This document shows positions 11,838 through 23,343 of a stretch of 64,000 bases of DNA, in pieces. The stretch covers positions 2,852,001 through 2,916,000 of the forward strand of contig CM022675.1 in the NCBI GenBank assembly GCA_012295275.1. Direction: 5' to 3'. Origin of the DNA: Chrysomallon squamiferum. Lineage: Eukaryota; Animalia; Mollusca. The notes under the pieces were generated by a model. It was given only the letters and a program-made list of their open reading frames with translations. It did not search any database and was not told the DNA's origin. The position numbers and the translations under genes were made by a program. Within the stretch, counting starts at the first letter, position 1. Each line of letters opens with the position of its first letter.

Positions 11838-13527
11838 ATGGATGATGAAAAAGAGGATTCAGAAGTGAGTTCTAACAGAAAAGATGTTTCTTTGTCTGAC
11901 GACACCACAGTTTCACTTACTTCTGACTCAGACAGTGTGCACCATTTACAGCCACAAGTGGCAAATACCACATCTTGTGAAGGTAATTAACACAATAGTT
12001 CTCTACAGTGTAATTTACTATTTTGATGGGCAGTTTTATTTTTATCTCTATCAATGCAGTTTTCAGTACACTGGTACCTTGACTGACGAGTGCTCCAACT
12101 TACAAGTTTTTCAAATTATGAGTTTTTCGAATTATTAGTTGCCTGATCGATTTTTTGCTTTGAGTTGCGAGCCAAAATCCAAGTCACGAGCAAGCTTCAG
12201 TTACACCACAGCAAGTCACTGCAACGAACAACACAACGTCCTTCCAGCATCCTGCGTCCTACTTGTTTGCTTCACATGGTTACATCGGCGTTGAAGCATC
12301 TTGCTTGTGTTGTGCTCATGTTTTGTGCTTTATTTTGCCAAATTTTGGGGATTCTAAGCAAGTGAGTGCAGAGGACAGTGCTGAGAAGGAGAAGCAGATG
12401 ATGCCCATTGAATTAAAGAATGAAATCACAGAAAAACATGAGTGAGGTGTGCGTGTCGTCGACTTGGCTAGGCAGTATGAGCGAAGTACTTTTACAAAGT
12501 ACTGAAGCAGAAGGAGTCAATAAAAGCTATAGAGCCAGCCAAAGGCTTTAAAATAATTTCTAAGCTGTGTACTCTGTCCATGAAATGATGCAGAAACCCT
12601 AACCCTGTACGCTTCACAAAACCAATTTGTTTCTGTACATTATCTTTTATTTTGTTTTTATACAACATTTGTATTTATACATTCAGTTTTGTTATTTAAA
12701 AACATGTTACAAAAAGCTGAGGTGGGGTGTGGGGCTGGAATGGTTTAATGGTATTTCAATAAATTTCAGATGGGAAAATTGATTTGATATACGAGCAAAC
12801 TGAGTTACAAGTTCGGTCACAGAATGAATTAAACTCAAAGTCAAGGAACCACTGTATATTGTTTAGTGTCAAAGATACCTCCTCTGACAAACTTATTAAT
12901 TATTTCTGTTGCATTTACTTTAAAGTGTCTGCTGAACATTTTATAGCACTATTGTCTGAAATAAAGAATTAGTTTGGTTTGTACACACACAGTTCTCTTA
13001 TTTATAGTGATATGTCCTGTTTGTTTGAACCCTGAAAACTGTGAAACAGAACACACATTAATTACTGTTTGATGACCATGATCATTGTAATTATTCTTGG
13101 ATTTACTTTTATTTGAATACTGTAAAGTGATATTTATTTCTTAGCACTTACAAATAATCAGTCAACAGTAATAAACACATAGAAAAAAAATAATAATAAT
13201 GAAAAAAATTCAGTAATAACAGATTTGATTAATGGTGATGCATACTTTATTTTATAGAAATTCTGCTTTTAAGTTGTGAATTTAAATAATTTCATTTACT
13301 GCTTCACAGATCCTTCAAGAAGACAATTTGTGGAAGAACAAACTTTACCAAATATATATTCCAAGACATTTCACATATCTGGTGCCAGGAATGTTGTGTT
13401 AGGAGATCAAGTTGTTAAAACTAGTAAGTTAAAAACTGAATGTTTTCTTTTCTTTGTAAGTTTGATAGATAACAGAACTACACAGCCCAGAACTCATTTA
13501 AAATGTTCTATCAGTATCATACTTAAA

Positions 13528-13568
<41 letters not shown>

Positions 13569-16500
13569 TCACTCACTCACTCACAGTGGTTTATGATTTA
13601 TAAATACATTTTCATAGAAAACTAAACAGCTGTAATAGAAACCATTTGAAACTTATTCATTATATTTTGAATGGTATGTGCATCTCAATGCAGTTGTACA
13701 AATTTGCGTAATCACTGAACCATACAGACACACACTGTTAGACTGAACTAGATTGTCTTAATACGAGTCATTAATTCTGTCCATATATCTGTAATTATTA
13801 TCACCAGTGAATATTGAAACACTACAAAAGTATCATTAATATCAGCAATAAATATTAAAATTTTATACAAAGTATATAGAAGAACAAGAAGAACAATAAA
13901 TAAATGAATAACAATATTATCAAGAAACAGCAACAATGCCAGTGGTGTAACTATAATAAAATCAGTTAGGCTACAATAATGTTACAGGCTTTTGGTTTTA
14001 TGACTAAACTGCAGAATAATTGTAGAGATCACTTTTATTAATATTTCATGTTTACTTTTCAGTAACAGAAAAACTTGTTTTATTTTTGTATTATTTCAGC
14101 AAAGACTGATGGAAGGGCATCCAATATTAAAGGTACATATTTTTTCCTTGTGTAGTTTATAAAAATGTTTGTTAATAACAAGATAATCATCTGGTTCCTT
14201 TTAATCTTATCACTGATGTTTTCATAAATTCTGATGAACAAGTATTATGACAACAGACTATTGCGTTATTTAAAGAATTTCAAATTCTGAAGCCCAGTAT
14301 TTAAATAGCAAAACATTTTCAAATCACTTTACTTTATAATAGATGTTAATTTTTTAACATGTTTTGATGCAGTGTCTACCAGATCAAGGATAAATTCTGT
14401 TGATTGGAGGGTCTATGTTGAAACAAGAGCAGAGAAAAGAGGTGTGACACTTTTGAAGAAGAATGGTGTTGTGATTGTAGTAGGATGTCCAGGTTCAGGG
14501 AAGACAACTCTAGCTTTGAGTATGATGAGACAGATAGAAAAAGAAGAGGAAAGAGAATCTTACTTGCTGATTCATGAGTATGAATTCAATGACATTCCTC
14601 TGTCTAGAAATAAGAAATGTGTTGTTCTTATTGATGACATATTTGGTAAGACTAATCTCAATTCAGATTTTATGTCATCATGGCAACAGAAATTTCCAGT
14701 GGTATGGAGTCTTGTTCAGGATGGTTCTGTGAAATGTATTATTACCTTACGAAATCAGATATTTGCAAAAAGTAAAACCAGTTTGAAGGAATTTGAACTG
14801 TTTAACGAGACTCATCTCCTTGACCTGCAGAGTGATGACTGTTGTCTGCTTCATGATGAAAAGAAAAAAATTCTAAACAAATATCTAGAAAAAAACAAAA
14901 TGGAAATGGATCTAATTGACAAAGACACTGTCATTGTCAGTTCATGTGCAGAGTTAGGATTCCCTCAGGTGTGTGTATATTATGTTAATTCAAGTGAAGC
15001 ACAAAAAAGAGGAGTTGAGTTTTTTAAGAAACCTGTAGAATATCTCACACAACAGCTGGAAAATATGAAAAGTGATGAATCCTTACAGATCAATTATCTG
15101 GTTCTACTGCTGATCTTGTTTCAACAAGGCAGTCTCAGTATTGATTTACTGGACCCATTTGAAAATGGCACTGACAGTGACATAATGAAATTAGTAAGAC
15201 TGCTAGAGCGAGTCTGTTCAAGTCTAAAAAACACAGATCTCAGAGATATAAAGAAAACAGCTGATATAATGTGTGGTACCTACTTAAATTTTTATGACAA
15301 CAGATACACATTTATTCACCAATCAGTGTTTGACTGTTTGTTTCTCATGTTTTCATCAGAGTTTCCAAAGAAAGCAGCAGAGTTGCTAGAATTGTGTCCT
15401 ATCTCCATGTTGTTAGAATATGTTGTAACGCCTGGAGCGTCTAACAAAAGTAACATTACAATGACTCTGAAACCAGACTACTTTGATTTTCTTGCTCACA
15501 GATTTGCTGACTTGCTAGCATCAAGCAGTGCCAGAGAAATTATTTCACATCCATCATTGAAAGATGAAAAATTTGTTAAGTATATGATAGAGGAAAAAGA
15601 CTTCTACGGTAAATGGTCTGAAATACTGAATCAGAAACTGAATGGAATAGAACATTCTTGTGCATGTGAGGTAGATAAAAATTTCCTTGATATATTTGAG
15701 GAAATTGTACATTACCATGATAGTCATTCAGTGTCTCAGACAGTATCCTACCAGTATTTGACAGTTAAAGAAATAAGTATAAATTCATCATCTGTTGCAA
15801 GTGAATGTGTTGCAAATGGACTAAGAATGTTGTCGAAATGTTTCACATCAAAATGTGTACAATGGAATTCACCGATCAGAGAAAAGAACTTTTGAATATT
15901 TCTTGTTTGTCGGGAAATGAAGATGTTGTGAAAATGTTGTTACAGTCAGGTGTTCTGCCAACAGCTGATACATTCAGTGTAGCTGCATGTTCAGAATCAG
16001 ATAATGTTACCATACTCAAAGAACTGCTATGTTTTGAAAAGGAGGTAAAATTTAATAATTGTTTACAGTTGTTGTATCTTTCTATTTATTCGTGTAACAT
16101 GAACATAGCCTGTTTCTTGGTTGACATTATCAATAATGAAAAAGACAAAAGTGAAATTAGAGAAAAAGCTGTGAAACTTTTATTGGTTAGGTTCCATACA
16201 CATGTACGTCATGTGATGTCTGACAAATTTATCAGAAAATCACTAATTGATAAAGAAGTTGATATGAGCCATCTTTTTAAGAAACTGTTTACCATTGAAA
16301 TAATAAATAAAATTGAAAACATTGCTGTCATTGCTGCTGGTCAGAGGAATTCAGATGTTATTAAAGGAATAGTAAAAGTAAAACATGATTGTTTAAATGA
16401 TGAGAACAGAGATGAAGTTCTTTTAGCAGCAGCTATATGGGGTTCTGCTGACACAGTGAATTTTCTCATTGACCAGAGACAAAATGATACGGATGAGAAC

Positions 16501-17354
16501 AACTGGAAGAGAAGTCAGGTACTGAAAGTAGCAGTGATGTTTAACAATGTAGATGTTGTTGAGTGTTTACTTGATCAAGGAGCTGATCCTAATGCCAATG
16601 TAGCTGTTAATGGGACGTGGATTCAGTGGTTTAACTTTGTCAATAAACACTGTACTTACGATGTGATTCAGTGGTCAACAAAGACAAGATTGCATCTGTT
16701 GCCTTCTGACTCACCTCTCCACATTTCAGTTCTGCGTGGTGACTTAGCTTTGTTGAAATCACTAGTAAAAAGAAATGCTGATATTAATGCAGTGAACAGT
16801 AATGGAAAAACTCCACTTCATGATGCTGTAATTATGAAGGACTCGGAGCATAGAAAAGAATTAGTTTTGTTTTTACTAGAAAATGGAGCTGACGTTAACA
16901 TTACAGATAAAAATAAGAATTCAGCTTTACACCTAGCAGCTGAAATAGGATATGTGGATGTTGTAACAACAATGACTGAAAAGGGTGTTAATGTGAACAG
17001 TTTTAACAGTGAAGGTAAAACTGCTCTTTCTACAGCTGTCAAGTACAAACAGAACAAAGTAGTTTTGTATTTATTGGAACATGGAGCTGATCCTAATTTA
17101 ACAGACAGTGATAACAGTTCTGTTTTACACACAGCAGCTGAGCAGGGAGATGTAGAAATTGTGACATGTCCGATTGAAAAAGATGTTATGTAAATATTAA
17201 AAATAGTAGAGGTGAAACTCCTCTTCTTAGAGCTGTCAGCTGTCGACAGAACAAATTAGTTTTGTATTTGCTGGAACATGGAGCTGAACTTTTACTTTTA
17301 CTTTATTTTATTATTACTTTTTATTTTGCTTGGAGCAATTTAAAGTTCAAATGA
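11838..17354 (+). CDS. NLR-like protein: acidic N-terminus, RHIM-like motif, STAND (nSTAND3-type) NTPase, ankyrin repeats; two 1-nt frameshifts (assembly error or young pseudogene)
   Basis: Phase-1 exons 11838-11982, 13310-13423, 14100-14132 and a large exon from 14373. Walker A GCPGSGKT, Walker B VVLIDDIFG, IITLR, LGFP, winged-helix FIHQSVFD. Ankyrin repeats (SPLHISV, TPLHDAV, SALHLAA, TALSTAV). Restoring one base at ~15823 and one at ~17187 gives a continuous frame to TGA 17352-17354. Confidence 0.8.
12069..12854 (+). mobile_element. Internally deleted Tigger/pogo (Tc1-mariner superfamily) DNA transposon in an intron
   Basis: TA flanks on both sides. Left TIR CACTGGTACCTTGACTGACGAG; right end CTCAAAGTCAAGGAACCACTG. 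Internal remnant of a Tigger N-terminal HTH: SAEDSAEKEKQMMPIELKNEITEKHE*GVRVVDLARQYERST. Confidence 0.85.
14373..15822 (+). CDS. STAND NTPase (nSTAND3-like) coding segment
   Basis: ORF 14372-15895 with YVETRA...GCPGSGKTTLA...IDDIFG...IITLR...GFP...FIHQS. Confidence 0.85.
15823..17193 (+). CDS. Ankyrin-repeat coding segment of the same gene
   Basis: ORF 15805-17193 with degenerate then canonical ankyrin repeats (G-x-TPLH-x-A...LL-x-x-GADVN). Confidence 0.85.
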   Translation, partial: KNVVEMFHIKMCTMEFTDQRKELLNISCLSGNEDVVKMLLQSGVLPTADTFSVAACSESDNVTILKELLCFEKEVKFNNCLQLLYLSIYSCNMNIACFLVDIINNEKDKSEIREKAVKLLLVRFHTHVRHVMSDKFIRKSLIDKEVDMSHLFKKLFTIEIINKIENIAVIAAGQRNSDVIKGIVKVKHDCLNDENRDEVLLAAAIWGSADTVNFLIDQRQNDTDENNWKRSQVLKVAVMFNNVDVVECLLDQGADPNANVAVNGTWIQWFNFVNKHCTYDVIQWSTKTRLHLLPSDSPLHISVLRGDLALLKSLVKRNADINAVNSNGKTPLHDAVIMKDSEHRKELVLFLLENGADVNITDKNKNSALHLAAEIGYVDVVTTMTEKGVNVNSFNSEGKTALSTAVKYKQNKVVLYLLEHGADPNLTDSDNSSVLHTAAEQGDVEIVTCPIEKDVM

Positions 17355-19461
17355 CTTACTGAAACATATTAAGTTTGAAGAGAAATCAGGCACTGTTGTA
17401 ATTGTCCAGATTTTCACCACAGTTAATGCCCGATAATAAAAAGTGATTGTTAAAATTTATTTATTATTTTGTTTCATGCTTATTTTATTGTAAATTTTTA
17501 TTTGTGTAAGAAATAAGAATTGATAGTTTAGCACTCACAACTGTAACATCCATAATTACATTTAAGGAATCCTCATCGAGTGTTTTTTTATTATTTTAAT
17601 TTTTTTTTTTTTTTTTCAGATATGTTTTACTGTAAAATTAATGTTTAGTGGATGTTTTTTTTAAATTTCAAACTGAATTTATACATTTACTGAACATAGA
17701 TTCAAAAACATTGGTAAGAAATACTTGTGTAAAACTAGAAATCTATACTTCTGAAACTCTTATTTTGACAGAAAGAGTTTAAAATAGAAGTAATAATAAA
17801 GAGCTGATGGTTAATGTAAATTAACTTACCTATCAAAATATTCCTAAGTGCAGAAAAAGCATTTTTTTTAAAATACTCAATTCACAGTGTCATTATTATA
17901 TAACTTACGAATATATTTTCATCACGTTACCTTTAGTCAGTTCACTGAAAGCAAGTTACAAGTCATGCACCAACATTCACATGCAACTCTATTTGTTTTT
18001 CAAATAGTTTTCTTGATATAATAATATTCTGTCAGCATATATACAAGGAAAAACATTTTATCTACAGATCTTAATTTATCAGCTTTAGAAAATAAAACTA
18101 CATGATTATTCATTTATTAATTACAAATTCAGTTATATTCTATATATGAATACCTAAATTGTATCATGATCCACTTTTTAGAAGTTTGTTAAACATTTTA
18201 CAAATTCCAAAAATCTTCCACGCTTTTCCAGTATGTTCCCAAAACTGGCAGTCTCCAGATTAAGTAAGCGATGAGGTGTTGTAATCTGCTTCCAGAAATG
18301 GAAAAACTGGTCTGAGCAATCTAAGCCAATTTAGACGCATGGGGATAACGAGATGTGTGAAGAACAGAGGTGAGCCAGAATAGAGACTGCAAGAAAATTA
18401 ATGTTTGGAGACATGAAATTAATGTTATATATCTCAGTAAAATTTAGAGACAGGAAATACTAAAAATGTAGGGGTTAACGAGAACAGTTGAGAGATGTGT
18501 GAAGAGTGTAGCCAGAGTAGAGGTTGCAAGAAAATTAATGTTATAACGTAAGATTTTGAGTCTGGAAATACTACCTACATAAATACTGTACAGTCACGAT
18601 GTTTGTAATGTTTGATTGTAATTAATTGCCTTTGTTATAGCTTTGATCACCGATCACTAGTCAAGATCACTAGTCAACCGTCACTGGTACCAGGAACATC
18701 AGCTAAGGTGATGGAACAGCAATTAATAAACTGAACAACTGGCATGTTGTAATCTCACTACCAGATTTGGTCAGCAGATTTGTATCTAATTGTGTCTCAA
18801 AACTGTTCTTTTTCAAAACATTGTTTAATTTCTTTTTGTGTTATATTTAGATAATTTTATTACTTTATTTATTTGTTTAATTTAATTTAATTAGTTTATC
18901 TAAAATATTCAAATTAATAATAATAATAATAATAATAAACATGAATATTATACTGCTTTACCTCGTCTCCCCCACATCCCCACCCATCCTGACCCTGACC
19001 TCCCGTTTTGACCAGTTATCTCTGTCAGTCTACTTTGCTGTCACATCTGGTCCTCCCTCATCCATCTCCCCCACCCTTAATCTCCCTCCTTACCCTTCCC
19101 TCCTCTTTACCACCCCACCTTGTTTCCCTTACCTTCTCTTCCCTTTCTTTCCTCCCATCCCCTCTGTGCCCCCAACCCTCTACACCAATCCCCGTGAGTG
19201 TATGTGTGTGGACTTTCTGAATGAGGGATTCAAGACAGAATAAAATAATAATAATAATAATAATTAATTAATTAGTCAAACAAAAAAGGAAAAATAAAGA
19301 AAAAAAGGATGTCGAGTGGTATGTTTGTATAAATACAAAGTCCTAGTCTGTCAGATGTTAGTGTATATTTCTAAATACCATTTAACATGTAAAGATATAT
19401 AAATATTTTTGTTTTAAACTTTCCTTTTCAAGTATAATTTTCTTTTCATTTGTTCAAGCAC

Positions 19462-19493
<32 letters not shown>

Positions 19494-19604
19494 TTATATT
19501 AACATAATATAAAAATACATTCAGACCCTAAGAATATTATCTCAGGTAATGTATCAGTCATCTAAGACAAAAACTGTTTTACGTCATACAATACAAGCAC
19601 ACTC

Positions 19605-19950
19605 AGGGTTAGGTTTAGGGTTAGGGTTGGGAGTTGGGGTTGGGGTTGGGGTTGGGGTTGGGGTTGGGGTTAGGGGTTAGAGGTTAGAGGTTAGAGGTTA
19701 GAGGGTTAGGGTTAGGGAAAACATAATTATGTTTAGGATTAGCATAAAAAGTAGCTTTAGGGTCAGGATCAGGGTTACGTTTAATTATCTATTTAAATGA
19801 AGGAAGTTTTCATATACAGTTTGAAAATTGTTATGATGAGTGTGGGATCAAATTGAAAAAGCTTTTCTTTTGTAAAATTTACTCATGATAAACTTTAAAA
19901 TGGTTAGGGTTAAGGGTTAAGGGGTAAGGGTTGGGTTAGAGTTAGGGTTA
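19605..19950 (+). repeat. Interstitial telomere-like repeats (TTAGGG, TTGGGG, TTAGAGG variants), two clusters
   Basis: Arrays at 19605-19717 and 19901-19950. Confidence 0.85.
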
Positions 19951-20138
19951 CAACATTTACAAAAGGTGGCGCCACATATTTTAAATGCGTGTGAAAAAAG
20001 AAATGAGCAAATATGATGTTATGTGCATTTTCTGTGCACGTGTCGGAAGCAAGTTGTTCCCCTTGGGTGGGGCGTGCAGCACTTTTCACCTGTGTGGGGA
20101 AACCCTTGCCCCACTTTTGGGTAGGTGCACCCCGTGTG

Positions 20139-20880
20139 CAGATGTCCAGTGAAGATTACTAAAGACACTTGAGTACAGCTTGCTTGTTAATGTTAAGGGA
20201 GGAGTCACATGCTGTGGATTTGAAGGTAAATCAGAAATTGTTGTAGTCTCTTTTGTTTGTAGATTTTCTGACTCACACAAATCTAAACACAGTGACAGAG
20301 GACTTAGTCTTACATGTGTGGATGGAGGACAAATACCTGCTTTGTTATTTTTAGTGTAAAAAAACAACATCGTTCAAACACTGTCACTTTTAGTCATCAC
20401 TGGGATCATATTTTTATTTATTTATTTGGTTGTTTATTTATTTATTTATGTTTGTTTACATTTTGTATTTCTGATGACGTCATATACACTTTATGTGAAA
20501 TTTTGGATTTCTAATGGACTAATTTCTGTCAAACATGGGCATGATGTAAATAAACATTGTTCTTTTTATATGAAATATAATATGTAGTAGATACATTATG
20601 TATGTATTTCCTGGTTGTTAGACATGAAAATAAGAACTGTTGTTTGATTTATTTATCCATTTTCTTTCACTAAGACTAGCAACTCTTTGTTTATTTATTT
20701 ATAGATGAGATATAAATAAACGAAAAACAGATAAATAAATTTGTATTTTTTATTATGAATTTTCACTTTTATTTTTGTATTTAAAATGTAAACAAGTGAA
20801 TTGCAAAGGTATAGAAATTAATGTGTCAGGTGTTATTATTTATTTATTTATTTGTTTCTTTTCTGGACACATTGAGTAAT
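20139..20880 (+). pseudogene. 3' fragment (PHR-domain end plus 3' flank) of a BTB-BACK-PHR gene, paralogous to 36590-37400
   Basis: CAGA(T/C)GTCCAGTGAAGATTACTAA...TTGTTATTTTTAGTGTAAAAAA is highly similar to 36590-36795. Encodes ...VKGGVTCCGFEGKSEIVVVSFVCRFS...GGQIPALLFLV-stop (20357-20359) with an upstream 1-nt insertion. Confidence 0.8.
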
Positions 20881-21147
20881 AGTGTATATGTATGTGTGTG
20901 CATGCAAGAAAAAAACATCTTGACATCTTACTTCAGATTTGGTCTTCTTCACTTTTTTGCCATAATGAGAAATTATTTCTAAAATCATCAGAGCTATTGT
21001 CTTGTGGTGTAACACAAACATTGTCCTTGTAACTTATCTCTTCAGTTCTTGCTTTAGCAATTTGTCATCTTCAGTTGTCAGCTTCATCTTCTCAATGATG
21101 CTGTCAAAGCTGTTTGCAGAAAAGTCAAAGCTCTGTTAAAAACATGA

Positions 21148-21190
<43 letters not shown>

Positions 21191-21714
21191 GTATTTTCTT
21201 TATGGACTCTGGTACAGCCTTGTCATGACAAAGCTGAGAACTGAGATATGAAACTGGACTGACTCAGTTTCTGTCACTCTAACTCACTCTCTGTTTCTCT
21301 CTACAGATTTTATTTTGTATTTACCTGCTGACAATGTTAACAAGATTGTTAAGCAGTTCAAACTTATTTTTAAAAGAAAATCATCCCAGCTAAAATGTAT
21401 CCTGAAACAATAGTTTTTGACTCTTTCACTGTTAACAGTTTTTTGTCAGTAACAGAAGTTTTTAACTTTTATCAATTTCATATGATGTTTTCTTCTATAC
21501 AGAAACATATTAGGAAAAGGAAATAGTAAATAAGTTATCAAGATGTTACTATTTAAGTAAATACATTAAAAAAATTTGAATTGAATTAAAAACTAAAATA
21601 AGTAGCAGCAAGACAAAATAAAATAAAAGTAAATATAAATGTAGTAAAGTTTGGTGAAGTGAAGTCATTGCAGGGAAAGTCAAAACTGTCATCACAGAAA
21701 AAACATTAAAACAT

Positions 21715-21840
21715 TTCTCACATGCACATACAAACTCTCTATCACTCACATGCACATACAAACTCTCTATCACTCACATGCACATACAAACTCTCTATCA
21801 CTCACATGTACATACAAACTCTCTATCAGTCACTCAAACA
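21715..21840. repeat. 30-bp minisatellite, ~4 copies
   Basis: Unit CTCACATGCACATACAAACTCTCTATCA plus variants. Confidence 0.85.
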
Positions 21841-22311
21841 TACAAACAGCCAAGGCCTTTACATTGGCTAAGTTTTAATCTGCTGCAATGCTTAACAAAC
21901 TTGATTCTACACAAAACATTTGATAAAAATATTGTAGAAGTCTTTATATACCTCTCCTCGTCTTTCACCAAAACCCACAGTTTACTTGATTGCAGAAACT
22001 GAATCTTGAACTATTCACAGTGTCAAAGATGGAATATCAAAACCTGAAGATGAATAAAATTCAATGAATTTTAGTTAGATGTCTTTAAATATGCTGAAAT
22101 GTATACAAGTTAAAATTGTATTGTGTGTATACAGAACATCCATGATGAGTTATATTCCTGGTAACAGATATTTAACAGAACATTTTTGAAGACATAAATC
22201 TTAGTTGTATCTTTAACAAAGAAATGTGTGTAAAAGAAACTGAGGGAAAAAGATAAATAAACAATCATAGAGAACAATACATGAACAAAATGATACAGAT
22301 GTAAACCGATA

Positions 22312-22360
<49 letters not shown>

Positions 22361-22964
22361 GCAATAATAATATAAAAAAATGACAGATGGAAAAACACAT
22401 ATTTCAAGTAAAAAGTATCTAACAAACCATAAAGAAAACAAATATATATATATATATATTAATAACGAAACTAAAACAAAATATTTTTTAACTTACTTTG
22501 CCACTTCCATCTTGTAGAATATATTTTGAGTTCTTGGTTTGTGAGGTTTAGTGATTTGTCATCTTCACCTTCTGATTGATGCTGTACGAGTTGTTGCTAA
22601 GAAAGGTGAAAGTTGTACTAAAAACATGAAACTGAAAAGAAAGAATTAAAAATGTCAACATCTTCCTTGTCATGAAAAACAGGAAAATTCAGATGCACTC
22701 TGAGTCTTATTTACAAACACCCTGAATTTTATGAAAGTTGGTTCTTCATTGTTCAGATATTCTAAAATTAAATATGATAAATCTGTTTAACTCATTGAGA
22801 CCAACACATAATAATCCGAATGTAACCAAAATAGTGTTACAACTTCAGTGTGGAATCTTCCATAGTTTTTATGCTAACAATGTATGTCTGAAAGAGTTAA
22901 AAATCAGTCCCAATGTAACAGAGTTAAAGGAAGTTATGCTTTATTATTATTAAACTTTTCTGAG

Positions 22965-23343
22965 ATACTGAACAATTCTACAAGTAAATGAGTGTAATGG
23001 TGTACTGAGATCACTGACAATACTGAACAATTCTACAAGTAAATGAATGTAATGGTGTACTGAGATCACTGACAAAACTGAACAATTCTACAAGTAAATG
23101 AATAATGGTGTACTGAGATCACTGACAATACTGAACAATTCTACAAGTAAATGAGTGTAATGGTGTACTGAGATCTCTGACAATACTGAACAATTCTACA
23201 AGTAAATGAGTGTACTGGTGTACTGAGATCACTGACAATACTGAACAATTCTACAAGTAAATGAGTGTAATGGTGTACTGAGATCACTGACAATACTGAA
23301 CAATTCTACAAGTAAATGAGTGTAATGGTGTACTGAGATCACT
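22965..23343. repeat. 55-bp minisatellite, ~7 copies
   Basis: Unit ATACTGAACAATTCTACAAGTAAATGAGTGTAATGGTGTACTGAGATCACTGACA. Confidence 0.95.

Noticed and set aside
15805-15895. Programmed ribosomal frameshift or two separate genes at the NTPase/ankyrin ORF overlap
   Set aside because: No X XXY YYZ slippery site seen at the junction; one missing base explains it, and the same lesion type recurs elsewhere in the window.
16818-17132. Antisense ORFs here and at 35893-36808, 41083-41367, 53229-53781
   Set aside because: Shadows of the sense-strand coding exons.
18230-18790. LTR element (repeated TGTTGTAATCT and an internal ~55-bp duplication)
   Set aside because: No clear paired LTRs, PBS, TSD or coding remnant identifiable by eye.
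19605-19950. True chromosome end
   Set aside because: Short, degenerate arrays flanked by ordinary sequence on both sides.
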